This document shows, piece by piece, positions 9,366-19,998 of a stretch of DNA of 64,000 nucleotides. The DNA lies in NCBI GenBank assembly GCA_937924495.1, contig CALDSS010000033.1, positions 13,624 through 77,623 on the forward strand, written 5' to 3'. Position numbers and translations under genes: made by a program. Position 1 is the stretch's first letter. Every line of letters starts with the position of its first letter. This DNA is from an uncultured Saprospiraceae bacterium (GTDB lineage: Bacteria; Bacteroidota; Bacteroidia; Chitinophagales; Saprospiraceae). The notes under the pieces were generated by a model that did no database searches, was not told where the DNA came from, and worked only from the letters and a program-made list of their open reading frames with translations.

Positions 9366-9944
9366 ATGAAATCAATTGGAACTTTAGTAGTGTTGGCTAT
9401 TCTTGGATTGCTCATGATGAATGGCTGTAGTAGCTACAACAATTTTGTGACAAAGGAGATTGACCTTGAAGAAGCTTGGGGTCGAGTACAAAGTGCTTAT
9501 CAACAACGAGCGGATCTTGTTCCAAATTTAGTGAGTACCGTTAAAGGTGCTGCTGATTTTGAACGAGAGACTTTCACTTCACTTACCGAGGCAAGAGCGA
9601 AGGCAACAAGTATTAATGTTGATATTTCAAGTGCTGAAGACTTGAAAGCTTTTCAGAATGCGCAAGGTGAATTATCTAAAGGACTTGGTAGGTTGTTGGC
9701 TGTGATGGAAAATTATCCAAATTTGCAGGCAACGGCCGGGTTCCGTGATTTGCAAGCACAGCTTGAAGGTCAGGAAAATCGAATTAGGGTAGAAAGAAAT
9801 AAATACAATGAAGAGGTAGCTGATTTTAACAAAGCGGTTCGTGTGTTTCCAGCAAGTTTCTTTGCCTCAATTTTTGGTTTTGGAGAACGTCCACAATTCG
9901 AGGCAGATCAATCTGCTCAGAATGTCCCTAAAGTTGAATTTTAA
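9366..9944 (+). CDS. lemA: LemA family protein
   Basis: N-terminal lipoprotein/TM signal, then 'AWG.V.SAYQQRADLVPNLV.TVKG.A.FE..T....T.AR' and 'ENYP.L.A...F..LQ.QLEG.ENRI...R..YN', the typical LemA pattern. Confidence 0.9.
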   Translation: MKSIGTLVVLAILGLLMMNGCSSYNNFVTKEIDLEEAWGRVQSAYQQRADLVPNLVSTVKGAADFERETFTSLTEARAKATSINVDISSAEDLKAFQNAQGELSKGLGRLLAVMENYPNLQATAGFRDLQAQLEGQENRIRVERNKYNEEVADFNKAVRVFPASFFASIFGFGERPQFEADQSAQNVPKVEF

Positions 9945-9964
9945 TTAGAATAAATTCTAAACTA

Positions 9965-10001
9965 AAAAACTGCCAAATATTCGAAATTTGGCAGTTTTTT
10001 T
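9965..10001 (+). terminator. Rho-independent terminator after lemA
   Basis: CTGCCAAAT-attcga-ATTTGGCAG followed by TTTTTTT. Confidence 0.65.
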
Positions 10002-10077
10002 CTACTCTTTCCATTCGTGGCAAATCCTTTGCTTTGTTAAGGCTAAACGTACTTTCCCTAATTTATAAATCACAAGA

Positions 10078-12279
10078 TTGGAAGTCAAAGACAAAAAAAT
10101 AGCTGAGACTCAAATGGAGGCACTTTTAACTGCTTCCTCCGAGCACTTTAAAAAACGAAATTTGAAAATGGCGGGCTCTACTGCCCAAATTGCATTAGAC
10201 TTCGCCAAACAATCTGAGAACTCAAAATACATTTTTGACGCAAGTCTTTCTCTTTCAAAGATTTATGGTACCAACGGTCGATATGCCAATGAAGTCTCTT
10301 ACTTCGAAAAAGCACATAATTTTCTCATTGTTAGCAAAAAATTAGTTTTTAAAAGGTCGGTCAATGATGAGATAGATTTTCATAAGGCATTGGCTCGTTT
10401 ATATTTTGATGAAGAAAAAAATAAGGAAGCTCTCCAGACTTATGATTTGGCACTTTCGGAGGCCACTTCAATAAAAAACATTTCGGCTGAGGCCTCTATT
10501 TACTTAAGAAAAGGATATGTTTTTCTTCAATCAAGCGACTATCAATCTGCCCTTGAAATGGCTGAGCACGCAGAAGAAAGAATTCATTTACTTTCTGGAA
10601 AAAATACAGGTGTCATTGGCAACCTTTTGAAATTAAAGGCATTGGCTAATCTCAAAACCAATGAATTCGGAAAAGCCCTAAAAGCTGCTCAATCGCTATT
10701 GGGTTTGAGCAAAAAGCATGAAGAAATAGAAAAAGAAATTATTGCATTAAATGTCATTGCAATTGTTTCTGGTGTAAAAGGAAATTTTAAAATTGCTACT
10801 CAGTATTTTCAGGAGGCTTTAGAAAAAAGTGAAAAAATTGGGTACAAATTTTATATCGCACAATGTCAAATCAATATCGGAACCATCTACGCACAACTGC
10901 ATAATCATGCTGATGCTTTGGAACGATACGATGCCGTTTTGGAAAATCATCAAGATATATTAGATACGCAAACTAAAGTTGCAATTTTCAATAATGTTGG
11001 TAATTTAAACTATTCCAGAAATGAGTTTTCAACGGCTCAAAAGTATTTTGAAGATGCTTTGAAAATGGCCGAAACAAACAATTTTAAATCTGAAAAGGCA
11101 CTGGCAAAAGCACAACTTGGAAGAACATTTTTTGCGTTGGAAAAATTTAAAGAAGCTGAAGAATTTGCCAATGCGGCAGCCAAGGATTTTGAGCAACTTC
11201 CTAACACAAATGGTCATCAAATTAATGAATTGAATTTAGGTAACATTCAATTTAAAAAAGGGCTTACGGATGAGGCCATCAAAATGGTTGAAAAAGGTAT
11301 TGAAACTTCAAAAAATTTGCAAGATGAAGTCAGCCAAATTACTGGTTTTCAATTGCTTTCAAAATTTTATGAGCAGGATGGTGATTTTGAAAAAGCTTTT
11401 CAAAGTCTTTCCAATTATACCGAACTGAAGGAAAATTTTACCAAAAAACAGCGCAATCGCCAGTTTTTGGATCTCGAAATCAAAAATGCGATTAAGGCCA
11501 AACAAACAGAAATTGAGCAACTTATCAAAGAAAATGAATTGCAATCTCAACTGATTCATAAGTCTGGAGAAGTGGAACAAAAAAATAGGGAACTCACTTC
11601 AATAAATGAGGATTTGAGGCAATTTGCCTACATCGCTTCTCATGATTTGAAAGAGCCGCTTCGGATGATCAGCAGTTACGCCCAAATCGTTTCTCGTTTG
11701 TACGGAGACAAGTTAGATGAAAATGCCAAAACCTATTTTGGATATATGACTGAAGGGGTTACACGGATGAATGGATTGTTGGATGATTTGCTGAAATATG
11801 CCACGGTAGGCAGAGATGCCGGTGAAGATGAATTGATTGAATTAGACTATGTGGTTGAAATTTGTAGAGTAAATCTGAAAGTTCTAATTCAAGAATCTGG
11901 AGCAGAGATAACGTACGAGGAATTGCCCGTAGTGCATGCTACAAGGACTACTTTAATTCAGTTGATGCAAAATTTAATTAGTAACGCCATCAAATTCAGG
12001 AAAGAAGGAGTGGCTCCAATAGTGGAAGTTTCTTGCACCGAAAACAAAGAAGAATATACGATTTCCGTAAAGGATAATGGAATTGGAATCGATAAAGAAA
12101 ACATAGAACGTATCTTTGTTATTTTTCAAAGACTTCATTCAAGAACGACCTTCCCAGGCTCTGGAATCGGCTTGGCTATCTGCCAAAAAATCGTTCAAAG
12201 ATGGGGAGGCACTATTTGGGTTACATCCGAACTAGGCAATGGATCATCTTTTCACTTCACTATTCCGAAAAAAGGATAA
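10078..12279 (+). CDS. TPR-repeat sensor histidine kinase (no receiver domain, no TM segment seen)
   Basis: ~480 aa of TPR-like repeats plus a coiled coil. H-box 'ASHDLKEPLRMI', N-box 'NLISNAIKF', 'DNGIGI', 'GSGIGLAICQKIV'. TTG start in the track; an ATG at 10114 is an alternative. Confidence 0.85.
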   Translation: MEVKDKKIAETQMEALLTASSEHFKKRNLKMAGSTAQIALDFAKQSENSKYIFDASLSLSKIYGTNGRYANEVSYFEKAHNFLIVSKKLVFKRSVNDEIDFHKALARLYFDEEKNKEALQTYDLALSEATSIKNISAEASIYLRKGYVFLQSSDYQSALEMAEHAEERIHLLSGKNTGVIGNLLKLKALANLKTNEFGKALKAAQSLLGLSKKHEEIEKEIIALNVIAIVSGVKGNFKIATQYFQEALEKSEKIGYKFYIAQCQINIGTIYAQLHNHADALERYDAVLENHQDILDTQTKVAIFNNVGNLNYSRNEFSTAQKYFEDALKMAETNNFKSEKALAKAQLGRTFFALEKFKEAEEFANAAAKDFEQLPNTNGHQINELNLGNIQFKKGLTDEAIKMVEKGIETSKNLQDEVSQITGFQLLSKFYEQDGDFEKAFQSLSNYTELKENFTKKQRNRQFLDLEIKNAIKAKQTEIEQLIKENELQSQLIHKSGEVEQKNRELTSINEDLRQFAYIASHDLKEPLRMISSYAQIVSRLYGDKLDENAKTYFGYMTEGVTRMNGLLDDLLKYATVGRDAGEDELIELDYVVEICRVNLKVLIQESGAEITYEELPVVHATRTTLIQLMQNLISNAIKFRKEGVAPIVEVSCTENKEEYTISVKDNGIGIDKENIERIFVIFQRLHSRTTFPGSGIGLAICQKIVQRWGGTIWVTSELGNGSSFHFTIPKKG

Positions 12280-12285
12280 TTCAAA

Positions 12286-12293
12286 TATTTTTG
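12286..12293 (+). promoter_or_regulatory. candidate -7 promoter box (TATTTTTG)
   Basis: TATTTTTGCACC lies about 87 nt upstream of the ATG at 12380 and fits the Bacteroidota TAnnTTTG consensus. The motif is short enough that some matches are expected by chance in AT-rich DNA. Confidence 0.4.
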
Positions 12294-12379
12294 CACCTTC
12301 CTGACATGGCGTAATTTTAACAAGCAACAAAGCCTTAAATTTCGCGTTTTTCGGACTGTTTTCACTATCAAAAAAATAT

Positions 12380-14878
12380 ATGTACAAGTATTACCTTCTG
12401 ACTATTGTTCTGTTTTATACAATAACATCAATTGGTCAAATTCGAGAGATTCCGATTAATTCTAATGTCGAAGTTGAAACTGCCTTTCAAAAAATGGTCA
12501 TTGAACAAAAAAGACAAGTCAATGAAAACCAATTTTTTGCACGAGGGAATTGTCCCGATAGCATAGATAACACCATTTATGTATTCGCGAAGGATACTGC
12601 ATTTTTCCTTTTAGATACTTTCAATGGTAATAAATATGAACTCCTGATAAATTCAGATGACTTTGGCACAACGATTCTAAAGGACGATTCTTTACTTTTT
12701 GTTGCAAATGATATTTCAGGTGCAGGAGCCGATCAAATAATTTTGGAAAATACCGTTCTTGGAGATAGTACTGTGATTGAATTGATCTATGACATAGTGG
12801 TGAAAAGAAAAGGCGAATCGGTAGTACTTCCGTCAGATCAAGTTGATGCAGAGAATAGAAATGAATACTGTGTAGAGCCAACCAATCGATTACCAGGAAA
12901 TATAACCTGTAATAATTTATTTTCTGCTGCTGAAGGATATGGCGGGTTTGGTCTCCAAACCCAATACTTTCGGTCTGGTAATGATAATGAAAATTGTGTG
13001 ATTTATCACGCTACAAGATTTCCTGGATTCGACACCTTGGCTGTTGTGTTATGTGATGAATTTACCGTTTGTGATACTTTCTTACAACCCATTCAAATAC
13101 TTGGGGATACACTTCAACTTCCATTTTTTGAAGATTTTACGCATTCTGGGCCTTTCCCAAAAAAAGACAAATGGTTAGAAGATTTGGTTTTTGTAAATAA
13201 TGACATGGCCGTAAATCCGCCATCATTTGGAGCAGCCACATTTGATGGCTTGGATCAATCAGGGCAGGCCTATGGGGGTGGTTATGGAATTAGCGATGTA
13301 CTTACATCCAAACCAATTGACCTGAGCAATTCGTCTGTCAATCGCGGAGTTGCCTTAAGTTTTTATTATCAAATGAAGGGACGCGGTTTTTTGCCGAGGG
13401 TTCAAGACTCATTGCTTGTCGAGTTTTTGAATGCTGACAATAAATGGATAAAAATGTTTGGGACACCTGGCTCTAATTTTATTCCGCTCGATTCTGTGCC
13501 TCCTTTTCAGTTTGTAGGAATCCCGTTCACCGATCCTCAGTTCTTTCACGATGCATTTCAGTTCAGAATTTTTAATAAAGGCGAGAAAACGGGTTCTTAC
13601 GGAATATGGCACATTGACTATATTTCTTTAAATAACGACAGAGCAATCATTGCTCCTACAACAAAAGACATCTCTATAGTTTTTGGAAACGGAAATTTAT
13701 TAGACAGATATAATGCAATGCCCATATCTCAGTTTATGGAAAATCCAGATAGAGAATTGTCAACGACAATCACTGGTGAATTCTTTAATTTTAGTGGGGC
13801 TGATAACAATATCGAAACTTCGTCAGTTTTCATATCAGAATTAACCTCCAATCAATCTTGGGATCCATTTGAAATGACCGATGCTGTCAACCAAAAAATA
13901 AATATTCCCTCTCAATCTTCTGTGGAGGTCATCAAGACCATACCAGAAGACAAAACAAGAAATCCACTAATTCAAGATATTCAGAGTCTCAATCAAGAAT
14001 CTCTGATTTTTGAGACACTACAAACCATTACTACCAATGATGGTAATACTGAAAAAGCAAATGACTCCCTTTATACCGAAACCATTATATCCAACTATTT
14101 TGCCTACGATGACGGCACTGCTGAACGTGCTCTTGAAAACAACGGCGCCAATTCAATTATTGCAGTTGAGTTCGAAGCAAATACTGAGGATAGCTTAAAA
14201 GCTGTTCAGTTTCACTTCCCTAAAGTGAATGGAGATTATTCCAACCAGCGATTTAATTTATTGGTTTGGAGAGGAACGCTCGGAAAAGTCGCTGAGGCCG
14301 ATTATATCCGTTTTTTGAGGCCTTCTTCCCCAGATTCGTTGCAAGCTTTTACTACTTATTTATTAGTAGATCCGTCAAGTCCTGATTCATTAATTTCAAT
14401 GCCCTTGCCAATCCCAACAGGTAAATTTTATGTTGGGTGGCAACAATTAGATGAAACACCTCAGCCCATTCCTGTTGGATTTGACAAAAACAATCCAGAT
14501 GGAACAAAATATATTTGGTACAACACGGGGGTAAAATGGGAAAATTTGGATTCACTTCCTTTTAAAGGGTCTTTAATGATTCGACCAATTATGTCTGGTA
14601 GTGAGGTTGTGCAGACCAATGTAAGAGAAGGACAATCTGAGAACTTACAATTATCCGTATTCCCAAATCCAGCTTCTGGTCATATCAATTTTCATCTTCT
14701 AAACGAAAAATTTGAAGACTACCGAATAAAAATCTTCAATAATTTAGGCCAATTAGTTTTTGATGATAATTTTGCTCAACAAATTGATATCCAACACTTT
14801 ATAAAAGGAATTTATTTTGCAAAAATCCAGCATAAAAGGACTGCTGAAAGTTCTATGGTCCAATTTATCAAACATTAA
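12380..14878 (+). CDS. secreted protein of unknown function with a T9SS type-A C-terminal sorting domain
   Basis: Signal peptide. C-terminus 'LSVFPNPASGHINFHLL....YRIKIFNNLGQLVF......GIYFAKI' is a typical T9SS CTD. Confidence 0.7.
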   Translation: MYKYYLLTIVLFYTITSIGQIREIPINSNVEVETAFQKMVIEQKRQVNENQFFARGNCPDSIDNTIYVFAKDTAFFLLDTFNGNKYELLINSDDFGTTILKDDSLLFVANDISGAGADQIILENTVLGDSTVIELIYDIVVKRKGESVVLPSDQVDAENRNEYCVEPTNRLPGNITCNNLFSAAEGYGGFGLQTQYFRSGNDNENCVIYHATRFPGFDTLAVVLCDEFTVCDTFLQPIQILGDTLQLPFFEDFTHSGPFPKKDKWLEDLVFVNNDMAVNPPSFGAATFDGLDQSGQAYGGGYGISDVLTSKPIDLSNSSVNRGVALSFYYQMKGRGFLPRVQDSLLVEFLNADNKWIKMFGTPGSNFIPLDSVPPFQFVGIPFTDPQFFHDAFQFRIFNKGEKTGSYGIWHIDYISLNNDRAIIAPTTKDISIVFGNGNLLDRYNAMPISQFMENPDRELSTTITGEFFNFSGADNNIETSSVFISELTSNQSWDPFEMTDAVNQKINIPSQSSVEVIKTIPEDKTRNPLIQDIQSLNQESLIFETLQTITTNDGNTEKANDSLYTETIISNYFAYDDGTAERALENNGANSIIAVEFEANTEDSLKAVQFHFPKVNGDYSNQRFNLLVWRGTLGKVAEADYIRFLRPSSPDSLQAFTTYLLVDPSSPDSLISMPLPIPTGKFYVGWQQLDETPQPIPVGFDKNNPDGTKYIWYNTGVKWENLDSLPFKGSLMIRPIMSGSEVVQTNVREGQSENLQLSVFPNPASGHINFHLLNEKFEDYRIKIFNNLGQLVFDDNFAQQIDIQHFIKGIYFAKIQHKRTAESSMVQFIKH

Positions 14879-14894
14879 AACAAAAAATCCGAAG

Positions 14895-15197
14895 ATGAAT
14901 ATTACCGTTCAGGAGCTAAAACAAAAAATGGATAACAAGGAGGATTTTGTACTCATTGATGTTAGAGAGCAACATGAGTATGATTCATTTAATATCGGTG
15001 CTCAATTGATTCCGCTTGGACAAATTGCTAATCAACTTTCTGAATTAGAAGAATTTAAAAGCAAGGAAGTAATCCTCCACTGCCGTTCTGGAGCAAGGAG
15101 TGGAAGAGCTCAGCAGTTTTTGATGGCCAATGGTTTTACCAATGTTTGGAATGTAACAGGTGGTGTTTTGGCATGGCAGGAGATGGTGAATGTGTAA
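14895..15197 (+). CDS. rhodanese-like sulfurtransferase domain protein
   Basis: 'LIDVREQHEY' and the active-site loop 'HCRSGARSGRA'. The internal ATG at 14895 is preferred because the track start (14817) overlaps the upstream gene. Confidence 0.85.
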   Translation: MNITVQELKQKMDNKEDFVLIDVREQHEYDSFNIGAQLIPLGQIANQLSELEEFKSKEVILHCRSGARSGRAQQFLMANGFTNVWNVTGGVLAWQEMVNV

Positions 15198-15234
15198 TCA
15201 TTTTAAATTGGCTAAAGCAACCCAAGCTAATATA

Positions 15235-15278
15235 GTTACATGGCTAAATGGTTAGAAAAAACCACTTAGCCATGTAAC
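15235..15278. terminator. 13-bp perfect hairpin between convergent genes (probable bidirectional terminator)
   Basis: GTTACATGGCTAA-(18 nt)-TTAGCCATGTAAC lies between the rhodanese (+) and O-methyltransferase (-) 3' ends. The flanking T/A runs are weak. Confidence 0.45.
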
Positions 15279-15330
15279 CATAAAACCATTTTAATCTTAC
15301 TTCAGTGCTCGTAACTTAATAGTTAGTTTC

Positions 15331-15966
15331 TTAAATTTTCCTAACCAAAGTTAGCCCATCTCTCAACGGAAGCATCATCACCTCTACCCTTTTATCAGTG
15401 GTTAGTTTCTGATTAAATTTCATGATATTTTGAGTGGCAAGGTCTCTTTCGTTTGTCAAAACTTTACCAGACCAAAGTACATTATCAACCATCAAAATAC
15501 CGCCAGTTTTCAACTTGGGAAGAACCATTTCGTAGTATAAATCATTTTCAAGTTTAGCGGCATCAATAAAAACTAAATCGAATTCAATATTTAAGTTTGG
15601 AATCAACTCACGGGCATCGTCGATGTAGTGTTTTATTTTTTCAGAAAGACCTGAATTCTTGAAGTATTTCTTTGCTATCCACTCTAATTCAGGGTTCACT
15701 TCAATGGTATATAGAATTCCATCTTTCGACAACCCCTTGGCTAAGCAAATTGCAGCATAACCCGTAAAAGTGCCAATTTCTAAAATGTTTGTTGGAGCAA
15801 TAATTTTGCTAAAAAGCTCCAAAAATTTTCCTTGCACTCTACCAGAAATCATTTGTGGAGAAAGAACTTTTAGATGCGTCTCTCGCTCCAATTGGTATAA
15901 AACATCGTCTGGTCTGCTAGTATGCTTTTCGCAATATTGGTAAACATCTTTGTATATAGAATCCAT
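15331..15966 (-). CDS. class I SAM-dependent O-methyltransferase (caffeoyl-CoA OMT-like family)
   Basis: 'ILEIGTFTGYAAICLA' (SAM motif I), 'FDLVFIDAAK' and 'GGILMVDNVLWSG'. Confidence 0.85.
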   Translation of the reverse strand: MDSIYKDVYQYCEKHTSRPDDVLYQLERETHLKVLSPQMISGRVQGKFLELFSKIIAPTNILEIGTFTGYAAICLAKGLSKDGILYTIEVNPELEWIAKKYFKNSGLSEKIKHYIDDARELIPNLNIEFDLVFIDAAKLENDLYYEMVLPKLKTGGILMVDNVLWSGKVLTNERDLATQNIMKFNQKLTTDKRVEVMMLPLRDGLTLVRKI

Positions 15967-16003
15967 TCTATTTTACTAATTTGAGCCGTAAAAGTATTAA
16001 ATT

Positions 16004-17293
16004 ATGAAAATTCTGTACACTTTATTTTTTTCAATTCTATGCAGTGGAATTTTTGCACAATTTTTAGCTGACATGCCAGAACCAGTTAGCAATAATGCAG
16101 TTACGGGAGCTTATGTAAATGGGATTCGTCATGTTTACTCCTTTTCAGGAATAGATTCAACAAAGAAATGGAATGGAATTCATAAGAAAGCCTTCAGATA
16201 CAACGTAGATACAGACGTTTGGGATACGATTCCTGATTTACCTTCAGGTACTGGAAGAATAGCAGCAGCAGCCTCTACTGTTAAAAACAAAATCTATATT
16301 ATTGGAGGATATGAAGTTTTTTCAAATGGCAGTGAACGATCTTTAAATGAGGTTCATATTTTCAACCCTGAAACCAATGAATATGAAGCAAATGGGGAAC
16401 CCATTCCAATTCCGATTGATGATCACGTACAAGCAGTTTATAAAGACAGTTTAATTTTTTGTGTCACTGGATGGAGCCAAAATACCAATGTTCCGAATGT
16501 CCAAATATATGACCCGTCAAAAAATGAATGGTTGGAAGGAACTTCAGTACCGAATAATGGCCGATACAAAGTATTTGGGGCATCTGGAGCTATTGTCGGA
16601 GATACGCTTTACTATTTGGGTGGAGCAAGAATAGGGACAAATTTTCCTGCTTCAAATCAATTAAGAAAAGGATACATAAATCCTATTGATCCTACTGACA
16701 TAATTTGGTCTTCCTCCGCAGATCCGTTAGCGATCGCTTACAGAGCAGTATGTACTGGTGGACAATATACAAAGCCAAATTGGTATGGCGGTTCCCTAAC
16801 GACCTACAACTATGACGGAATAGCCTATGATGGTTCTGGAGGCGTTGTTCCAAGTGGAAGAACAATATACTACAGTAACAATGGTCAATTAGTAAGTGGT
16901 ACTCAGAACTCTTTTCCTGATTATATGGACATGAGAGGAGCAGCTTGTTTTGACTGTTCTGTTTTAGCTGATATTTTCTTTTGTGGAGGAATGGGGCCTA
17001 ACCAAGAGGTATCTAAAAAAACTTTTGCATTGTACAGCCATGTTCCTACCGAAAATAAAGAAATTGATTTTGAAATAGAAGTTTTTCCAAACCCAACTTC
17101 AAACTTGATAACCATAAAAGCAGATGGAAATTTCGACCTTCACATTTCAACTTTAAAAGGAAAAAGTATTTCCAAAGAAGAATTTTCGTTTCAAAAGGAA
17201 ATCAACTTAAAAAACCATTTGCCAGGCATTTACACATTTTCCTTTTTTAAAAATGGAAATTTAGTTCATTCCAAAAAGGTGATAAAAAAATAG
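16004..17293 (+). CDS. Kelch-repeat secreted protein with T9SS C-terminal domain
   Basis: Repeated 'KIYIIGGYE'/'LYYLGGA' Kelch-like blades. C-terminus 'VFPNPTSNLITIKADG...GIYTFSF'. Confidence 0.75.
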   Translation: MKILYTLFFSILCSGIFAQFLADMPEPVSNNAVTGAYVNGIRHVYSFSGIDSTKKWNGIHKKAFRYNVDTDVWDTIPDLPSGTGRIAAAASTVKNKIYIIGGYEVFSNGSERSLNEVHIFNPETNEYEANGEPIPIPIDDHVQAVYKDSLIFCVTGWSQNTNVPNVQIYDPSKNEWLEGTSVPNNGRYKVFGASGAIVGDTLYYLGGARIGTNFPASNQLRKGYINPIDPTDIIWSSSADPLAIAYRAVCTGGQYTKPNWYGGSLTTYNYDGIAYDGSGGVVPSGRTIYYSNNGQLVSGTQNSFPDYMDMRGAACFDCSVLADIFFCGGMGPNQEVSKKTFALYSHVPTENKEIDFEIEVFPNPTSNLITIKADGNFDLHISTLKGKSISKEEFSFQKEINLKNHLPGIYTFSFFKNGNLVHSKKVIKK

Positions 17294-17364
17294 AATTAAA
17301 TAAAAGGCATCGTTTTTGATTCGTTAGAATTATACCCTCCGTAGGACTTTTAAAACAAGCTACT

Positions 17365-18192
17365 ATGAGAGGCTTCAAATTCTATACACTCTTTCTTCTT
17401 TTCTTCTTTTTATTTTCATCATTTGGTTTTGGCCAATTAGAATTCAAACTTGCTTTGATGCCTGATTCTTCTTCTTGGGGAGTTTATCTCCAACCAAAAG
17501 AAACTATTAATCCCTCAACAAATACTATAACCGGATCTGGACAAATTACGCTTGTGGTTCCTAGTGGATATCAATTTGGAAATTTTGAAAGTATTGCAGG
17601 AATATGGGAAATGAATTCCAGAATTAATAGTCCGATTGAAAATCCACACAAAGACTATATTAGTTTTGGATTCTTTGCAGATAATCCACAGATCAAAATC
17701 CAAAAAGACCATGAAACTTTACTTTTCACATTGGAAAAGGTTTCTCCATGTCCATTTGAATTTTACCTGATAGATAATCAATCGGATCCATTCGCCCAAC
17801 TCCCAAACTCAATTGGTGTGAATCCTGGAAATGAAATGTCAGTTTTTGATCTAACACTTAGTAGTCAGTATTTCTATACTGGCAACTTCGATAGCTGTGC
17901 ATGGAGTTGCGAACCTTGCCAAGAGATATCAAATACAGGTTTAGTTGTACCGCAAGAATTAGAGGTTTTTCCAAACCCATCTGACGGAAAATTTCAAATC
18001 AACTTAGGAAATAATTCAAAATTGGTTGATAAAATTAAAATTTACAATGCTCTTGGGACAATACATTATGAACAAACAGTCGCATCGTCAACCATTGAAA
18101 TAAACGAAGATTTTAAATCAGGAATGTACTTTTTGAACTTCGAAAATAAAGGCGAAACAATTCTAACCAAGAAAATCTTAATTTCCAAATAA
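17365..18192 (+). CDS. secreted hypothetical protein with T9SS C-terminal domain
   Basis: Signal peptide. C-terminus 'LEVFPNPSDGKFQINLG....IKIYNALG......GMYFLNF'. Confidence 0.65.
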   Translation: MRGFKFYTLFLLFFFLFSSFGFGQLEFKLALMPDSSSWGVYLQPKETINPSTNTITGSGQITLVVPSGYQFGNFESIAGIWEMNSRINSPIENPHKDYISFGFFADNPQIKIQKDHETLLFTLEKVSPCPFEFYLIDNQSDPFAQLPNSIGVNPGNEMSVFDLTLSSQYFYTGNFDSCAWSCEPCQEISNTGLVVPQELEVFPNPSDGKFQINLGNNSKLVDKIKIYNALGTIHYEQTVASSTIEINEDFKSGMYFLNFENKGETILTKKILISK

Positions 18193-18310
18193 AATTATTG
18201 CATTGATAAATTACAAGTCTCTTCTACTCAAATTACACCTTCGTTGAGCGGCGAGGAGTTCTTTTTTTGAAATGTAAATAGTTTATAAATATACTTTTAA
18301 ATAGGCTTCA

Positions 18311-19294
18311 TTAGAAAGCCGGCAACTGTGGCTTATTCTCCAATACAGCTTCCACACTTTCCAAAACTTCAGCAGTCAATAATGGCAAAACTTCTAATGC
18401 TTGCAAGTTCTCTTCAATTTGCTCCACCTTCGAAGCACCCAAAATTACGGTGCTAACATTTGGGTTTTTCAAACACCAAGCCAGTGCAAATTTTGGCAAT
18501 GTCGTACCTACAGATTTAGCGATTTTATTGAGCTTACGAACTTTTTCGAGGCGTTCTTCAGTCAGTGAACGTTCCTTCAACCAATCCAAACCTTCCATAC
18601 TCAAACGAGTACCTTCAGGAAATTTGGTAAGGTATTTATCAGTCAAAACACCCGAAGCAAGTGGAGACCAAATCGTAGTTCCTAATCCAACTGTTTTATA
18701 GATATGATCAAAATCTACTTCTACTTTTTGGCGATGGAACATATTGTATTGAGGTTGTTCCATTGTCGGGCCAATCATACCCAATTCTTTTGCAAACATG
18801 TGCGCTTGCATGATTTCTTGAGCCGACCATTCTGAAGTCCCCCAATAAAGGATTTTTCCTTGCTCAATTAAGGTGTTCATTGCACGAACGGTTTCTTCAA
18901 TTGGCGTATTTTTATCAGGACGGTGGCAATAATATAAATCAAGATAATCAACCTGCAATCTTTTCAAAGCTGCATGACAGCCCTCAATTACATGTTTCCG
19001 ACTTAGCCCAGTTTGATTAGGTTTGCCATCTTCATATCCAAAAAAAACTTTACTACTAACTAAGTAGGAACTACGAGCCCAGTTTCGCTTTTTCAAAATA
19101 TCCCCCATCACGATTTCAGATTTACCACGAGCATAAATTTCCGCGTTATCGAAAAAATTAACACCATGCTCATAAGCCATATCCATCAATCGCTCGGCAA
19201 TACCATCTCCAATTTGTTTTCCGAAAGTAAGCCAGCTACCCAATGATAAAACACTGACTTGGAGGCCAGATTTTCCTAATCTTCTGTATTCCAT
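18311..19294 (-). CDS. aldo/keto reductase (Kv-beta-like subfamily)
   Basis: 'MEYRRLGKSGLQVSVLSLGSW.TFG', 'NFFDNAEIYA.GKSE', 'YYCHRPD' and 'YWGTSEW'. Confidence 0.9.
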   Translation of the reverse strand: MEYRRLGKSGLQVSVLSLGSWLTFGKQIGDGIAERLMDMAYEHGVNFFDNAEIYARGKSEIVMGDILKKRNWARSSYLVSSKVFFGYEDGKPNQTGLSRKHVIEGCHAALKRLQVDYLDLYYCHRPDKNTPIEETVRAMNTLIEQGKILYWGTSEWSAQEIMQAHMFAKELGMIGPTMEQPQYNMFHRQKVEVDFDHIYKTVGLGTTIWSPLASGVLTDKYLTKFPEGTRLSMEGLDWLKERSLTEERLEKVRKLNKIAKSVGTTLPKFALAWCLKNPNVSTVILGASKVEQIEENLQALEVLPLLTAEVLESVEAVLENKPQLPAF

Positions 19295-19414
19295 ATAAAA
19301 TTTCTATTTGGTTAGAATGATTTACTGCAAAGGTGGTGGTTTTTAATGGTAGAATAGCAATTTCATTTTGATTTTTATTTTCATTTTTATTTTGAAATAT
19401 ACCATCTTTGCCCA

Positions 19415-19972
19415 ATGTCTAAAGGCCGAGTCATATTAAGCAAGGAAAGATTTCAACTTACAATTGAACGACTGTGTCATCAATTGATTGAAAAATATGA
19501 CTCATTTGAAAATACTTGTATCGTAGGAATTCAGCCCCGAGGCGTTTACTTTTCCAATCGACTTCATCAGCGTCTTTCTTCTATTTTAAAATTAAAAAGC
19601 CTCGAATACGGTAAATTGGATATTTCATTTTTCCGCGATGATTTTCGTCAAAGAGATAGGCCAATCAAAACTTACGCTACTGATCTTGAATTTTTAATAG
19701 AAAATAAAAAGGTAATTTTAGTAGATGACGTTCTATATACAGGTCGAACCATTCAAGCTGCCATGAGTGCTTTGCAAAACTTTGGAAGACCTAACCAAGT
19801 AGAATTAATCACTTTAGTAGATCGAAGATTCAACCGACATTTACCAGTTCAAGCAGATTTTGTTGGAATGACCATTGACTCACTTGACGAGGCATTTGTG
19901 AAGGTAGAATGGGAAGAATCTGATGGAGAAGATAAAATTCTAATTTTCCCAAGAAAACTTAAATCACACTGA
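19415..19972 (+). CDS. pyrR: PyrR bifunctional pyr regulator / uracil phosphoribosyltransferase
   Basis: PRPP-binding loop 'VILVDDVLYTGRTIQAA' and 'LVDR..R.LP..ADFVG'. Located directly upstream of pyrB. Confidence 0.9.
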   Translation: MSKGRVILSKERFQLTIERLCHQLIEKYDSFENTCIVGIQPRGVYFSNRLHQRLSSILKLKSLEYGKLDISFFRDDFRQRDRPIKTYATDLEFLIENKKVILVDDVLYTGRTIQAAMSALQNFGRPNQVELITLVDRRFNRHLPVQADFVGMTIDSLDEAFVKVEWEESDGEDKILIFPRKLKSH

Positions 19973-19998
19973 TAATCAGACAATTACGAATATAATTA

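Noticed and set aside
14817-14894. Extended 5' end of the rhodanese ORF overlapping the preceding T9SS gene by 62 nt
   Set aside because: The overlap encodes no rhodanese-related sequence. The ATG at 14895 gives a typical ~100-aa single-domain rhodanese.
19295-19998. Search for a PyrR-binding attenuator (Bacillus-type 'UCCAGAGAGG' loop plus terminator) upstream of pyrR and between pyrR and pyrB
   Set aside because: I found no such loop or terminator/antiterminator pair by eye. The pyrR-pyrB gap is only 26 nt. PyrR may act elsewhere or mainly as a UPRTase here.
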